From Sarea resinae (Eukaryota): a stretch of 64,000 nucleotides of DNA. Location of the stretch: NCBI GenBank assembly GCA_026026165.1, contig JAPEUD010000005.1, forward strand, positions 1-64,000, written 5' to 3'. Positions 1 through 14,117 of the stretch are shown here, piece after piece. The notes beneath the pieces were generated by a model. The model worked only from the letters and a program-made list of their open reading frames with translations, did not search any database and was not told where the DNA came from. Within the stretch, counting starts at the first letter, position 1. Every line of letters starts with the position of its first letter. A program made the translations under genes and the position numbers.

Positions 1-382
1 GAGGAGATTGGGGGAGGTCGCAATGCAAAGCGTGCGTAAGTTTGCGAGTTGGTGCTGGTGCCGGTGCTGGTGCTGGTGCTGGTGCTGGCGCTGGCGCTGA
101 TGCTGATGCTGGTGGTGCGGGTGAGCGGTGGGAATTGCTCTGGGTGTATTTGATCTGGGATGATGGGAGGATGGACGTATGGGCCGTAGAGATGGATGTG
201 CAGTGCACGGGTACTACGACGAGAGATGCAGGGTACAGCGGTAGAGCTGGAGAAGGTACACAGTACTTCGTATGCGGCACGCATCAGCACGACACAGAAG
301 TACTGGGTACTGTGGCCGATCAAATGCTTAGGGTACCTCCAGAGCTGGACAAGTGTTTGCACTGCTGGACGGCTGCAAGTGT

Positions 383-421
383 GGCAAGGCAAGGCAAGGC
401 AAGGCAAGGCAAGGCAAGGCA
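383..421. repeat. (GGCAA)n microsatellite within a cluster of simple repeats
   Basis: Directly visible; (GCTGGT)n at about 50-110 and (GGGGAC)n at about 465-490 lie nearby. Confidence 0.9.
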
Positions 422-1484
422 GGGCAGGGCAAGGCGAGGGCAAGGCCCAGCTGGGGTGGAACTCGGGGACGGGGACGGGGACGGGGACCAGGACCAGGAC
501 GGGGTAGTCGTTAGTCACTCCACCTGACGTGTCAAATACTGTAGCTGACAACCAGAGGGCTGAAAGGCGCCGAGAAACGTTCGACTCTCGTCGCGCGTTT
601 TCGTGCGTCTCGGTCAAACGTATCAGGCCAGGGTAAGAAGAGACATCCATCGATAGGTTGTTTACAGCTACCTTGTTATTATTACCGCAGCACTTGGGGG
701 TGGGGGGAGGGAGGAGGGGCGCGGCGGAGAGGGGGGGAAGACAGATTGGCAGCGCCCGCCTCGCCTCCACAGTGAGATGATGGCTCGTGGATGAGGCTCT
801 GCTCTGCCTCCACCGGCTTAGCCTCGACCCTCGGTTACCTTAGATCCCTCTCTCTCATCGCACGAGGTCGTCTATTCCGGACTACTATTACTCCGGAGTA
901 CACCGTAGTCGTACTTCGCACAGCCCGAAATGAGACCCGAACTTGGAAGGTGGATGGCTAATCGGCCATACTCAAAGTAGAATCTTCTTCGCGGTAGCTG
1001 AGTGAAAGATTCTCCTGATATACTTGAGAGCCATCAGATCGATCAATTGAACACCCTATAAATGAGAGGTCATACCTAGAACGGGCCGGTGAACATCGAT
1101 CCGCTGAGAGTCCCAGGGAGTTGGCCATGATATTTACTATTTTAGAGTGCCATCGAGCTAAGGTAAGGTATATAGTGAAAGGGTGCAATGCTCTCGTACG
1201 GGCAGGATCAGAAGTCGCTTCAAATAGCTGGCGACGTCGTCTTGACATCCCTTTCCCGGCAGATTCAACCCAATGAAGAAACCCCCATCGATCCAGAAAC
1301 GGCCACCTCAAACTCCCTTAAAACGCCTCGCTCGATGCAAGGAAATCCTGTCGTGGGCCTGACGCACCCCATTACCCATCTGCGATGCCCTGGCACATGA
1401 AGAAGGATGTGAGTCGGGCAAGTCTTACCAGGCTAGAGGCGCAAAGTGCCTTGACCTGCGTTCACTTTCCAAGCATAGCTTGCC

Positions 1485-2990
1485 TCAATAGAACATATCT
1501 TCTGCCTTCCTTCTTCTGCCACCCCTGCCTTCTAGCTTCTCAGCAAAAAGCTCTTTGCCAGCATTGCCGCCTAGTTTTCCGGGAAAGAGCTCTTTGGTGC
1601 CTCCGTTGGCCGCACCTCGGATTGAAAAGCCCTGCTCGGCAGCGCCACGGATACTGAACCCAGCTTCTTCTTTCTCCTGGCCCAGAATAAGATCATCCTT
1701 GGAGGAGATTCTTCCTTCCAATGGACCAGGTGACGATGAGAGTGGCCCACTGACTCTGTCCGCTAGACTGACAGACTTTTTCCGAGAATCGGTGCTACCA
1801 TCGACAAATGGAACTTGCATGCTAGTGCTGAATAGTTCTGAAGTCTCGTCTGCTGCGTCAAAAGCATCCGTCCTACGGTGGTTGCTGACTATCATTCGGT
1901 TTGGAAACAGCTCCTTGCTTGGGCCTGCGAGTGTTGTTCGATTGGGGAATAGCTCCTTCGGGCCCTCTCTTGCTCTATCTCCGTCTTTGGGTGCGAATAA
2001 TTCTTTACCGGTATTGGTCTTCGGGTGAGGATTGGGGTCACGACGATGATACCTTGGTGGTGGACTCCTCTCTCTGCGCACCCTTCTGTTGCTGGTCAAG
2101 TCGTCATCCAAGGTCATAAGATCACTTCTGGCCGGCGAAGCACTCCTATCTCGAAGTCTGCGGTCTGTCCTGGCTTTGCGGTCCGGGAAAAGCTCTTTGT
2201 TCTTGGTATTTGTGGCTGGTGCACCACCTTCATCGTAGAGGCTCGCGTCAAACCCTCCGTCTGCATCTTCATCCCTTCTTCGCCTATGCTCTCGATCGTC
2301 GTACCTCCTCCTTCTATAATCTCCATCTGCGCTTCCATCTTCATCATATCTGTTTCCCCTTCCCCTTTCTCTACGATCAGAGTTCTCTTTCCTTCTCTCT
2401 CTTGGATCATATTCGGGATGCATCAAGTAAAATCGGCTGGCCAAATGCGCTCGAGGTTTCTTGACGTCCCCAATTGTAGCCAATCTTACTTGGAGCGTAG
2501 AATCTGGATGCGCGGAGAAGCTCTTTGCTGGCCTTAGCTGCGCTGTGGGCACCGAAGAGGGCTCCTCATTTTCGATGAGCGAAAGGCTAGTCAGGGCTTT
2601 CATTGCTGTTGCAGGAGTATTGTAGACGAGGTTTGCAGAAGTGTCGTCGATCCACTCGATGCGCGTAGGTAGGTCTGATGAGAAATGTTCGGCAGCAAAG
2701 GTATTCAAATCATCCGTGGTAAGGTTGTCGACGCCCCGTATATGGATCTTATGTGGAGTGATCCCATGCGCTTGCGTTGAAGGGACGCTGGAGGTCGATG
2801 TGCCGTTTGGTGTGGGCACTGGGTCAGCAGTAGATGCATCCTTTGACAGATCAGTAAAAGCTCAGACCGGAGCTATAGGTCGTGAAATGAGGATTCATAC
2901 CGTTGCGATGGTGTATTCAAAATTTCCCGCATCATCTGTGGGCCCCAAATCGAGATCCATATCAATATCCATATCCAGAGTTTCAGTCAT
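1485..2990 (-). CDS. NCBP3: Nuclear cap-binding protein subunit 3-like (DUF2414) RNA-binding protein
   Basis: Exons 2990-2901 and 2840-1485; intron 2900-2841 (GTATGA..CTGAT..AAG) keeps frame. RRM-like motif KIHIRGVDNLTTDD...IEWIDDTSANLVY, followed by an R/D-rich region and repeated KELF motifs. Confidence 0.85.
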
Positions 2991-3543
2991 ATTTGGTCCT
3001 GGCGCAGAATCCGAATTGAAAGTATTAGACGTATTTGGATGCGATAAGAAAGGTGAGATGTTATTAGAGACTTCCATCTTGCAACGCAATCCTAAGGTGA
3101 GGATGCGGAATGGATTTCGCGCCGACCGAAATACGTCTGAAAACGTCTGTGACCGCGTTTCTGTTCCTTTAAGCAGTCGAGCGCAAGGACGAGCTTCCAG
3201 AGGTTCAAGTAGAGTAATACGTAAAGTAAGATACCGCTAGAGTAAGGTGGGAGGTGTAACCTCGTAGGGTAAGGTAGAGAGAACCATAACTCTCGAGGGT
3301 AAAACGTGCAATCAAAAGTAGCAGCTACCTCTTCCTTCAGGACCTAGCTACATCACCTCCAGGCTTAGCCATTGTGTATCAACTCGTAAAGCTTCAAGTT
3401 GTTGTCTTCATCCTAGATCATGTGGGAAGTCATATACAGATGTCCAAAAGCGTCAACCCATTATCATTAGTTATCTGATGACTGTCTATGTCTCTTTTGA
3501 TCATCCTACTCTCTGCCTTCAGCCGTCCAGCAGCTTCCTTCCT

Positions 3544-4841
3544 CTATCTTGCTCTCTTCTTCGGTCGTACTTCAACGACACTCTCATCATCATCGTCCTC
3601 CTCCTCCTCCTCCTCCTCCTCCTCCTCCTCTCTCTTCCTCTTTTGTACACCCGTCGTCAGCCTCGACGGGGGAGCCCTGCTCCTCTCGTCAAGGCCCGAC
3701 CTCTCCCTCAGACTTCTGATCCAGTCGTTTCTGATCGCTGGCCCAGATCTCTCCACCCCATTCTCCCTCTTCATGATTCGGGAGCATTCCTCCCAACGCG
3801 CATCCCCAGTCACCGTCCCCTCGTCGATCACCTTCCGCATGGCCGTGATGGCCATGTCTTCTTCTGCCTCAGTCCACCGTGAGCCCTGCCCACGTGAACC
3901 GGCTGAAGCACCCTTTGGCGCCCGACCAGCGGGTGTCGCACGGGCTCCAGCCTCACGGCATGGCCTGCATACCCAGCTACCTGATCACTCAATCAGTCGG
4001 GCTATTTCATAGTTAAATATTTCTAAAGATCACGTACCCCTTGGTGCTTTGCGCAGGCCTGCACATTTGAGATGGTACCAGCCCTCCTCATGATGTGCCC
4101 CCTCACAGCAGATCATCGCCCCAGAATCGGGCTCTCCGCATTCGCATGAAATGCTGGGGCCGACGTTGCAATCGCCGCAGAACCATTCCTCTCCTGTCTC
4201 ATATGTCAGTCAACGTTCTGTTCAGCTTCATAGATTCACGTACCTTCTCCGAGATTCGATAGGTCTACGCAACCCAGATGGAACCAGCCATCTGGATGCA
4301 AGACGTTGTCGCAGCCAATCAAGTCGTCTGCGGAATCCGGTCTGCCACAATGGCACGAGAAAGTTGTCTCGGGATCCTGGGCCGGATCCGGCTCTATATG
4401 TGTCCAATTTTGCTGGGCCTGCGGTGGAATAGGAGGCTGCGACGCGCGGGAAGACGAATGACGTGAAGATGGAGACGGAGACGGAGACAGAGCAAGGGGC
4501 AGAGTGGCAGAGCGGGAAGCGACGGAAGAGCCAGAAAGGGTGCGAGAGGGGGTGCGAGAAGGCATCTGCGATGCACCGTCCAGCGGTGACGAGGGATGCG
4601 GCAGAGGTGAATGCGGCGGGGACGGACTTGGTATCTCCGGCGCGGCACCCTCCAGTTCCGGCGGCGGAAGAAAGCGAGCGTTTTGTCCCAGCGGCGGGAC
4701 ATAGAAACCGTCGTCGGCGGTCATGGTACGAAAGAATTCTAGTGCTGCTGTGCATCGGGGCTCTTCTTCTACTTCTTCCCGCAAGCAGAAACAGCCCCAA
4801 AGTCCGTTCTTGCAGCAGATCAAGTCTGATCTGTCATCCAT
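3544..4841 (-). CDS. Protein with two ING-like PHD fingers and a C-terminal Myb/SANT-like domain
   Basis: Exons 4841-4244, 4193-4038, 3980-3544; both introns are GTACGT..CTGAY..CAG, phase 1. Spliced product contains CHC..IGCDNVLH..WFHLGC..WFCGDC, then CEC..MICCEGAHH..WYHLKC..WVCRPC, then RWTEAEED..W..RNDW and an NLS-like end RPKKRAR. A probable further 5' intron lies at 4937-4846, so the start is uncertain. Confidence 0.75.
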
Positions 4842-7410
4842 GATGCTGTGAACATGTTAGAGATGATAGCGAAACAAATTTTGACGGCCGTGGGAGAAAC
4901 ATAAGAGAACTGATGAACGAGATGCACAATTACTTACTTGTTTGGTAGATCAATGAGCAGACAGGCAAGAAAAAGGGAGGAGCCAGCTCCTGGTGCTTTG
5001 AAACAATTGTTCAACGGGCTTATCCTGTTACTAACGGCGAGGAGGACCACCTTGTGATAGAGATGCCTCTAAGACAATATCGAATATGGCCGAGAGAAAC
5101 GAAAAGGACAAGAAGAAGGAAGGCCATCGTGAGGCAAAGAGTGTCAAGAAAGCAAGAGACCAGCTCTGGATGTGTTGCGTTCTAGTACAATCGTCCGTTC
5201 AAAGATTCGTCGACAAGCAAGAGAAGTCTAATCGGGGAAGAGAAAGGAAAGATGGAAGAGGAGCTCCGAGGGAATTATTTATGGACCTGTGAGTTCTGAT
5301 ATCAATAAGTCATTCGGTTGTAAACTACAATGGGATATTGATAGTAGAGGCAAACAATAGATATTGTCAATATGCAATCCTTGTGACTGCTCTAAGTGTC
5401 AGAAATGCTCGACGGGGAGTTATTGATCAAAAGGTATCTTATTTCTTCTGCTATGTGTCAATGGTGCTGTACATCAGAACGATTACTCTTTACGGCAAGT
5501 GTGTTATACGACAATAGCAGCTATTCATCAGAATTGTCGTTGCTGCTTCCCTCAACATTTGACATTCAGTGATGAATAGGGGTCACTGCGTTAATGAGTT
5601 GTTGACAGGCTCATTATCTATTTCCATTGGTCGGTCTATCGACAAGAGAAAGGCGAGCGTGACAATTCTAATTGATGGTTACTGGCAAGATCGTGCTTGT
5701 TGCTATGGCTGAAAGATTTCTTTTTGGAAAGCTTTTTTTCACCTTCGTGGGCATAGATGCACTGCTCCATTGTTGACGTGCGGTTGATCTAGGGAGACGT
5801 TTGTTTTGGCCAATGGCGATCCACATTTCAGACGTCCATCAGGTGAATGTACGTTCGAAATGAAGTGCTGGTTCTTATGGGAAGCTAAATTAAGAAGCAA
5901 GACTAGGTAAGGTACCTTATGCCTCAGGTATGGCTAAATGACGGTCTACAAAGGACTTAACAAAGTCTAGGTAAGTTCTAACTCGCGTTCACTTCTACAT
6001 ACTTTCGCACAGGACACTTCCTGCAAATATTATCAACAGCCTTGATAATAGACGCAATGTACGGACTATTCGTAGACTCTTCCATTTCCTCGGGTTGATG
6101 TGCTTACAGGTGAAAGTAGCCACAAACGGAACCAAGTCGAGTATTTCCAATTCAAGCCTTCTCAGTGCGTCAAGCAGCCAGGCGCCTCTTGGTGCTCTTG
6201 GAGTTCACCGGTGCATGCTCTCCCACTACGACGATCGTTGAGGTGATAGATCGTTCCACGAGGACAGCAAGATCACAGGCCCGTTCAGCGATCAGCGGAA
6301 TGGCGCAAGTTGACAGGCTCTTCACTGGAATATGGGCATCATGACGTCCGGCAATGCGCCGTGCGACTGTGACAGGGAGGCTAGATGCTACGCTTAGGCA
6401 GCTGCATGCACGCCCTCCGGCGATACTCCACGGAGTAGTTGTTTGGGTGGTGCGGACGATCCAGGTCACTAGAAGCAGCCCCAAAGTTGGTGGGGGCGTC
6501 ATTAGGGGCAAGCCACGGGGCAAGGTAAATCAATTGATCCCACGACTGTTCAAAGAGGACCGGGCCGAGTCAGGTCAGTAGCTCTTGGCTGATGGCCAAA
6601 CCGTTCGCTTAACTCAAGCCCAATCAAATACCCTAACAAGCCCTTCGTCATTAATATTCGTTCTCACGATGATAGGTAATGGGACAATCTGATGTGGACC
6701 AGCAACCACCGGGCAAAGAGTGGGCGGCGGAACAATCGTAATGTGAGCTGGGGAATTCTCGATTAGGGGTCATGCAAATCACGAAGTCGAGCCGGAAAGG
6801 ATTCGACACGGGGGCGGATTGTGCGGATCTGCCAACGGTTGGAGGTATGGAGGGTAGGGAATCATATTGGAACAAGGAGCAGGTTTGATCAGCTACAGCT
6901 ACGAAGTACTCCGGACGCCGTACTATGAGTACTTCATGCTTCGGACCACGCTGTATCGACAATCGGGCTTTCGGGGAAGAGGGAATCTTAAAGAGAAAGA
7001 CTCCTCTTCACCCGATCCTGCAGGATCGTCAATAAAGATCTTGACGATCTTGACCGTTGAGAGCAAGCTCGGGCCCGGCTTGAAGGGCTCCTCGAGAAAG
7101 GATATTCCCAAGTACTCTAGAGTACTCTAGAGTACAGCCCACAACATTCAGACATGCAGTCCACGACATGATGGCCCACAATCTTCTCGGCGTCGAATCA
7201 ATCAGGAACCGCCGATCACATACGTAGTAGGTGGCTTGCGAATGGCTTGCGAATGGCTTATCCATGGCTTGTCCATGGACGGGGATCAATATGCCGACCC
7301 GTAAAGCCATGACGGGGATCAAGATGAACGTCTGCAACAACACAACAATATGTCGTCTGTTTGAAGTACGGCACCGTATCTGATTGAGGGATCGAGGGAT
7401 TGAGGGTTTC

Positions 7411-7450
7411 AGGGAGCGTCCAGGGAGCGTCCAGGGAGCGTCCAGGGAGC
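7411..7450. repeat. 11-bp tandem repeat (AGGGAGCGTCC), about 3.6 copies
   Basis: Directly visible. Confidence 0.9.
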
Positions 7451-8937
7451 CAGGCTTACACAGGGTCGGGTTGCGTTGAGCTGCAAATAAGAATGCGCTG
7501 GGATGGGCCGGGGGCCTTGCGCCCGCGCGTAATCGTGTTCATCGGTGGGGCCTACTGCAGTACCTAGTACTCGGTAGGTACGAGCACGAAGTACGAAGCG
7601 CTGCGAGTACGGAGTACTCCAGCGGTACAGTGCGACGGGTACTCGGTAGAGTCAACATGAAGTCTCCCGCTTGCAATCTTTTTCGCCTTAAGGCCTACCT
7701 ACTGCGCAGTAGCATCGTCAATCATTTCCCAAGGGAGAACCCGCAGCGATCCATGGCTTGGACCGGGGCGCCCACCGGCCCCCCCGCCCCCCCCGAAGGA
7801 CAACATTGAAGCCCAGGGATGCACACCGGTCAGATGCTGTCGAGGGGACTGCAATGCCAAGTAGACACCAGGTCTCCGGCTCTTCATCGTCCGTGGGAAG
7901 ACCACGCCCGAAGGTTATCAAAACATACCGAGCATGTACATGGCTGCGCCGTACCTGTCTTTCCTCTGCTTCCATCCGATTACTCTGCTCCGTACTCTAC
8001 TCCACTGATCGTACTCGACTCGTACTCTACTGCGCAGTATTCCATAGTACCCGTACATACAGAGTACCACCCATCCTTGCTGTGGTCAGGAGGAATTGAA
8101 GCGAGGGAACAGCCCTGGAGGCAAACGCCGGGCGCGTACTTTGGATATGTATGCACTGCGCCCAGCTGCTCTCACTGCAGGTTACATTGATCTCTTTGCT
8201 CTATCAGCGGCTCGCGGCAGACATCGAGGCTCGGCCGGACGTCCATGAGACCGCAGAAGCAGCACCAGAAGGAGCAGAAGAAGAAGAAGCACCAGCAGCA
8301 GCGACACCAGCAGCACCAGCAGCTCCAGCAGCACCAGCAGCTGTAGAGCGTGGGTGCAACGTGCTGGTCCGTACTAATAATAACGTGCGTGAAGTGCGTG
8401 AAGTGCGTGCAGTGCAGTGCAGTGCAGTGCAGTGCGCGCCCTTCAGCGTAGCAAGGTCGCTGGTACCATGACGGCCGGGCTGAAGTTTGCGGCTCCTTGC
8501 ATATAGCAGTTCATCACGCAGCCCAGGGTTGCCTGGGCCGGCTTACGCAGTACTCTCTCAGATTGTTCGTTTCCCTCTCGCCCTTTCACAGGCCGGTCCC
8601 GACCAGGACTCGTCGTCTTGGATATCAACATCGCTTGATCTGATCTCACCGGTCCAGTCGTCGTGGGGATCCCCTACCTGGGCACAACACGTTGCTCAAA
8701 TTCACTCGCACTCGCTCAACCGCCATCATCGCTGCCTCTCAGGGTCCTTGCTTCGAGCAATCAAGCGGCCGGAGATGCCATGCGACGGTCACGCTATGAA
8801 TCATCGCAAAGGAATCGGAATATACCCGGATCGGTGAAGCAAACGCTGATAGCGCTGTATCGAGCTCTGTTCGTCGGTCGCACGTTAGCGAGTCTCGAAT
8901 CCTTATCTTCATAGCGTTGATCGTGAGAGGAGCCAAG

Positions 8938-11900
8938 ATGTTTCCGCAAGTCATCCAGCAACCGCAACCTCAGCCACACTCGTTTCTGTCCCGGCCTTAT
9001 CACGCACTCAACTACAACTCCGTACCAAGCTCCCCTTCAGCCTCGACGACCCGGAACTTGCCTCGCAACGGATCCAATCCTCGACATCCTCTGTCAGCGT
9101 CACAGATACAGCAACAATATGCCTACTCGCTCCAACGCACAAATTCATACCCCCTTTCCCATGAAGCAGCCGGAGGTGGCACAGACGCCTCAGAGCATAA
9201 GCTTCGAAGGAAAACACCCAACGGAACCTTGTCGGCGGGATACGATGGCACGCCGCCAGGGTGGCCGTCCGACCCTCATACGATAAAGCACATGGCCATG
9301 AACCATCACGTTCATGCTCCGCAGAGCATACCTGCGGATGATACTAAATCGTTGCCGATAAGGCAGTTGCCTGCCGAATCGGACCCAAGATACCATTCCA
9401 CCAACGAGCAGCTTGGAGACACCTCTACTCAGAATACAAATATACAAGGATACGGCATGGAACGTCCAGGAGCCAGCTGGGTATGGCCGGTGCAGTATAT
9501 GCCCGGGGCTGACTCCGTATTAAATCAGGTTCCTATGCAGACGTATCTCTTGCCCGATGGACAGCAAATACCGACCGTATTGCAACCGCCGCAGCAGCCC
9601 GGTCTGGGACCGACTATATCTAATAGCGCCGGTCCATACGGTCCATACTGGCCGAATGGTGCCTTTGTGCCATACCGCCCGGCGGCTCTCCGCGATCCAA
9701 GGTACTCTGCTCATGCGGAAGTTCCGCGATGGCCTGGCATTGCGCAGGGCGATCAGCTTCACGTCCATCCGAGGGACTGGGCGCAATCCGTCCATATGCC
9801 CCCCCTAGAAAATCACCATATCGACAGTGGTCTCGACAATTCATGTATATCTCCAAATGCTTTAGGCGCTGTCAATTTCAACGGATTTGGAAGCGCCTTC
9901 TCGCCCAAATCATTCCGATCTCCTTCCAAAACTTCGTCGAGAGCCTACCACTCCCAACTTTCCAATTCAACTCGTCAGGCTAACTCTCTGGGTTTCATGG
10001 GCGAAGCCAGCCAGCCACACATGCAAAAGAGCTTCGGCGAGCGGTCAATACCTCTGGTGTCTCTAGAGACCAATCATGATCCTGGGATCGCAACCGGTTC
10101 CCCGGCGGCAAATGCTGATTTCAAGGAACGACTACTGTCATGGTCTCATAGCGTTTATGTTGATTTGCTTGCCTCTCTTCACCATTCCCAACGTGCCATT
10201 CAACGTGGCTCACAGGCCAACGGCCATCACCAGCGGCCAAGAGCAAGTATTTATCCCAGGCCTCCCAGACAACCTGGAACAATCTTCACGTCTCACGGGG
10301 ATCAGACGGCCGAAAGGAATAATGGGCGACGACGGGAGCATGGCAAAGACGAGCATGTTCACAAACGACTCAAGGATTGCCCCGACGTCGAATCTCCCAT
10401 TCCAGCGGGAGGGCGTGATCGTGATCACTCAAGGCTCGAAGACGGCACAAGTACTCGCCAGCATTCGTATCGGGATAACGTATCTTTACAATATCAACAA
10501 CGGCGACAATCACTGGGATCCTCGCTGCAACATCCTTCCGGTCCCTCAGACCATGGGCGCACTCATCGACGAATGTCTGGGACGATCATTGTGCCAGTGG
10601 TTCCTCGTCAGCACTATGAGGCCTCTGTTTCCGCAAATGCCTTGTCCGCATTAGAGATGCTCACTCAATTCTGCGAAGAATCTGGCTGGCAATGGGTCGA
10701 TGGGATGCTTCTAGGCGGTTGTTTAGCATATGGCCTTGCAGATTATAACGGTGCGCTCGGATGGTACTCGAAGATCCTTGATCTTGATCACAATAATGTT
10801 GAAGCTATATCTAATCTGGCGGCAACGCTGCTATCTCTCAACCGCCGTGAAGAAGCCGAGCACTACTGGCTACGAGCCGTGAAGCTGCGGCCAAGCTATT
10901 TTGAAGCCGTTGAACATCTGATAGGGCTTCTTTGCGGCGACCATCGAGGGAAAGAAGCGGTTGGCATAATTGACTTCGTGGAGAGGTCTCTTCGACTACC
11001 ACGGCATGGAGGAGAGGCATTCAAGACAGCTGATCACGATAGCGAGTGCTCCAGCCTGAGAAGTCGGTCCTCAAGCATGTCAACTTGCGATGCGTCAGAG
11101 ACGATAGTATTCGAGTACGAACGAAATGAGCAGGGCTGGCTGAATGATATCGACCATCTTGGTACCACTTCTCAGCCTGGGTTTGGCTCGAGCGGATACG
11201 CTATAGCTGGCTCAGAAAACGGGCGCTTACTCGCGCTTGTCCATGCAAAAGGCAATATGCTCTATGCGTTAGGAGACAATAGCAGCGCATCAAAAGCATT
11301 TGAGGATGCAGTCCTTATCAGCGCCGGGAGGCGTGCTCAAGGCATAAAGGGACTAATCTCGCGCATATTAGCTGTTGTTTCGCAGGACGACTCTGGAGCT
11401 CTCGATATCCAATCTCCGAAAACCACTTCTGAGCCCATATTGCTCCCTCCAGAGCTGGCATTACAAACTGCAAAGCTCGTTTTTCCTCATAATGGAGAGC
11501 TTCCAGGTTTGAGAGATGTTCCCGAAGGTATCGCGAAGAAGGCTGCGATTTCCACGACGAGCAATTCTTTGTTGTCGTTAGCCAAGATTTTCCAGGACGG
11601 GATGGCATCCAGCGGTGGTACATCTTCGGGATCACAGGCTGCCTCGGGCGTTCGTGATATTCTTGCGCTATACTACCTGTCTCTGGCTCTCCAACCAAGC
11701 CCGTCAACAGCGAACAATGTCGGCATCCTTCTTGCTAGCGTCCAGCAATCTGCCACAGCAAAGAGCCGCAACCGTGCAAGCCGTGGCCAGCTGCCGGTGA
11801 TACCAGGCGTCGTTCCTGGCAGTGGCATTGCTCTCGCTTTGGCCTACTACAATTATGGTCTGAACCTGGATTCCCGCCACGCTCATCTCTACACAAATCT

Positions 11901-14117
11901 AGGAAGTTTGTTGAAAGACATCGGCCAATTAACGGCTGCAATCAAGATGTATGAGCAGGCAGTGGCTTGTGACGGAAATTTTGATATTGCACTAGCAAAC
12001 CTTGCCAATGCAGTCAAGGATCAGGGCAGAATCAGTGATGCCATAGTCTTCTATAAGCGAGCTGTCGCTGCGAGCCCTGGATTCGCCGAGGCAGTCTGTG
12101 GATTGGCGAATGCCTTAAACTCGGTATGTGCATGGGTTGGCAGGGGTGGCATTACCTGCGGTCAGGGCAAACGAGATCGCTGGCATGTTGATGAGCAGGG
12201 GATGCTTCTTGATGCAACAGATCCTGGGGCATATAGCGCAGGCTGGATGAAGCGTGTCGTTGATATCGTCGAAAAGCAGCTACATGATGGCGAGAGCTGG
12301 GGCATGGGTACGCTTAACAATTACGTCATAGAAGCCCTAATCAGACAGGTGGAGACGGCGTTCAGGAGTTCGAAACGACAAAGAGAACGGAGAGACTACT
12401 TGGCCGCAAGTCTGAAGAATTGGAGGGGAAAGAAATGGGAAGGAGCTAGATTTCTAAGAGTGGTCGAACGAGCTACAAAGCTAATCGGATGGCAATGGTA
12501 TCAAGACGAGTACGTCAGAAAGATGCCTCGAGATCCTACGAGGTACAGCAGACCACATCTACCATCTGCGTTGCCAATTCCCAGCGCCCCAACGGTTCTT
12601 CCTTTCCATACCTTCACATGCCCCCTTTCCGCCAAGCAGATCCGCATGATCTCGGAACGGAATGCTCTACGGATATCTTGTTCGACCCTTCGAGCTCCAT
12701 GGCTGCCAAACGTAATCTATCGGCCGCCGAAGCCTCCTGCTCACCATCTGAATGTCGGCTATGTGTCTTCCGATTTCAATAATCATCCCCTTGCTCATCT
12801 GATGCAATCTGTCTTTGGCCTACACGATCGGACGCGCGTCAAGGCTTTCTGCTACGCGACGACCATTAGTGACAATTCCATCCACCGGCTGCAGATAGAG
12901 CGAGAGGCACCTTGTTTTCACGATGCGAGTTCTTGGTCGGTGGAACGACTAGTCAATCAGATTGTTCAAGACGGAATACATATACTCATCAATCTCAACG
13001 GCTACACTCGTGGCGCCAGAAACGAGGTCTTTGCTGCTCGACCGGCGCCAATCCAGATGTCTTTCATGGGTTTCGCTGGGACTTTGGGTGCCGAATGGTG
13101 TGACTATCTTTTGGCGGACGAGACGGCAATCCCACCCGAGACTTTACGTCCGTGGAGACGCAACGTCGATTTTGAAGACCTGATCACACACGAGAACTGC
13201 GACAGTCTTCAAGACGATTGGGTCTACTCGGAGAATATCATTTTCCTGAAAGATACCTTCTTTTGTTGCGACCACCGGCAGAGCGCGCCGGATTCTCAAG
13301 GTAAACAGTTCACTTGGGAAGAGGAACAGGTCCGAAGATGGCAGATGCGCAAGGAATTATTCCCCACTCTTTCCGACGACACTGTTATTCTAGGGAACTT
13401 TAACCAACTCTACAAGGTAAGCTACAAGCCAAAGCATCTTTCGAGCGCGCGCGTCTAATTGGCTCTTTCCAGATCGAACCAACAACGTTTCGAACCTGGC
13501 TTCGAATCCTTGCACGCGTACCCAAAGCCGTTCTCTGGCTCCTTCGTTTTCCCGACTTGGGCGAGAAGAATCTGAAGCAGACGGCCATGCACTGGGCTGG
13601 TGCGGAGGTGGCATCACGAATCATTTTCATGGACGTGGCGCCGAAGCACCAGCACATTTCGCGTGCGCGGGTATGCGATCTCTTCCTGGACACGCCCGAG
13701 TGCAATGCCCACACCACGGCGGCCGACGTGCTATGGTCTGGGACGCCCCTTCTCACGCTGCCTCGGTACAAATACAAGCTTTGTTCCCGAATGGCGGCCT
13801 CGATCTTGAAGGGCGCATTGCCGAAGACGCAGGCCGGAGACGATGCCGCTGCGGAGCTAATCGCGCGCAGCGACGAGGAGTACGAGGAACGTGCCGTTGC
13901 CTTGGGGAACGGGCTCTCCTACAGCAGCGGTAGTTCGGATCCAGGTGAAGTCCTCCGGGCCACGGGCCGGCTAGCAGAACTCCGGAAGTTACTGTACGAG
14001 AGCCGGTGGAGTAGCGCATTGTTCGATACCAAGCGGTGGGTGCGAGACCTGGAAGATGGATACGTTGAGGCGTGGCGGAAGTGGGTTGCTGGCGAGGGCG
14101 GCGATATCTGGATGTAG
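8938..14117 (+). CDS. OGT: O-GlcNAc transferase (TPR repeats plus GT41 catalytic domain)
   Basis: Exons 8938-13416 and 13473-14117 (intron GTAAGC..CTAAT..CAG), about 1707 aa. TPR helices; catalytic motifs VGYVSSDFNNHPLAHL, NLNGYTRG, FNQLYK|IEP, DLFLDTPECNAHTT. Confidence 0.95.

Noticed and set aside
42..527. 161-aa ORF
   Set aside because: Composed of simple repeats (GA, QGKAR, GD); non-ATG start.
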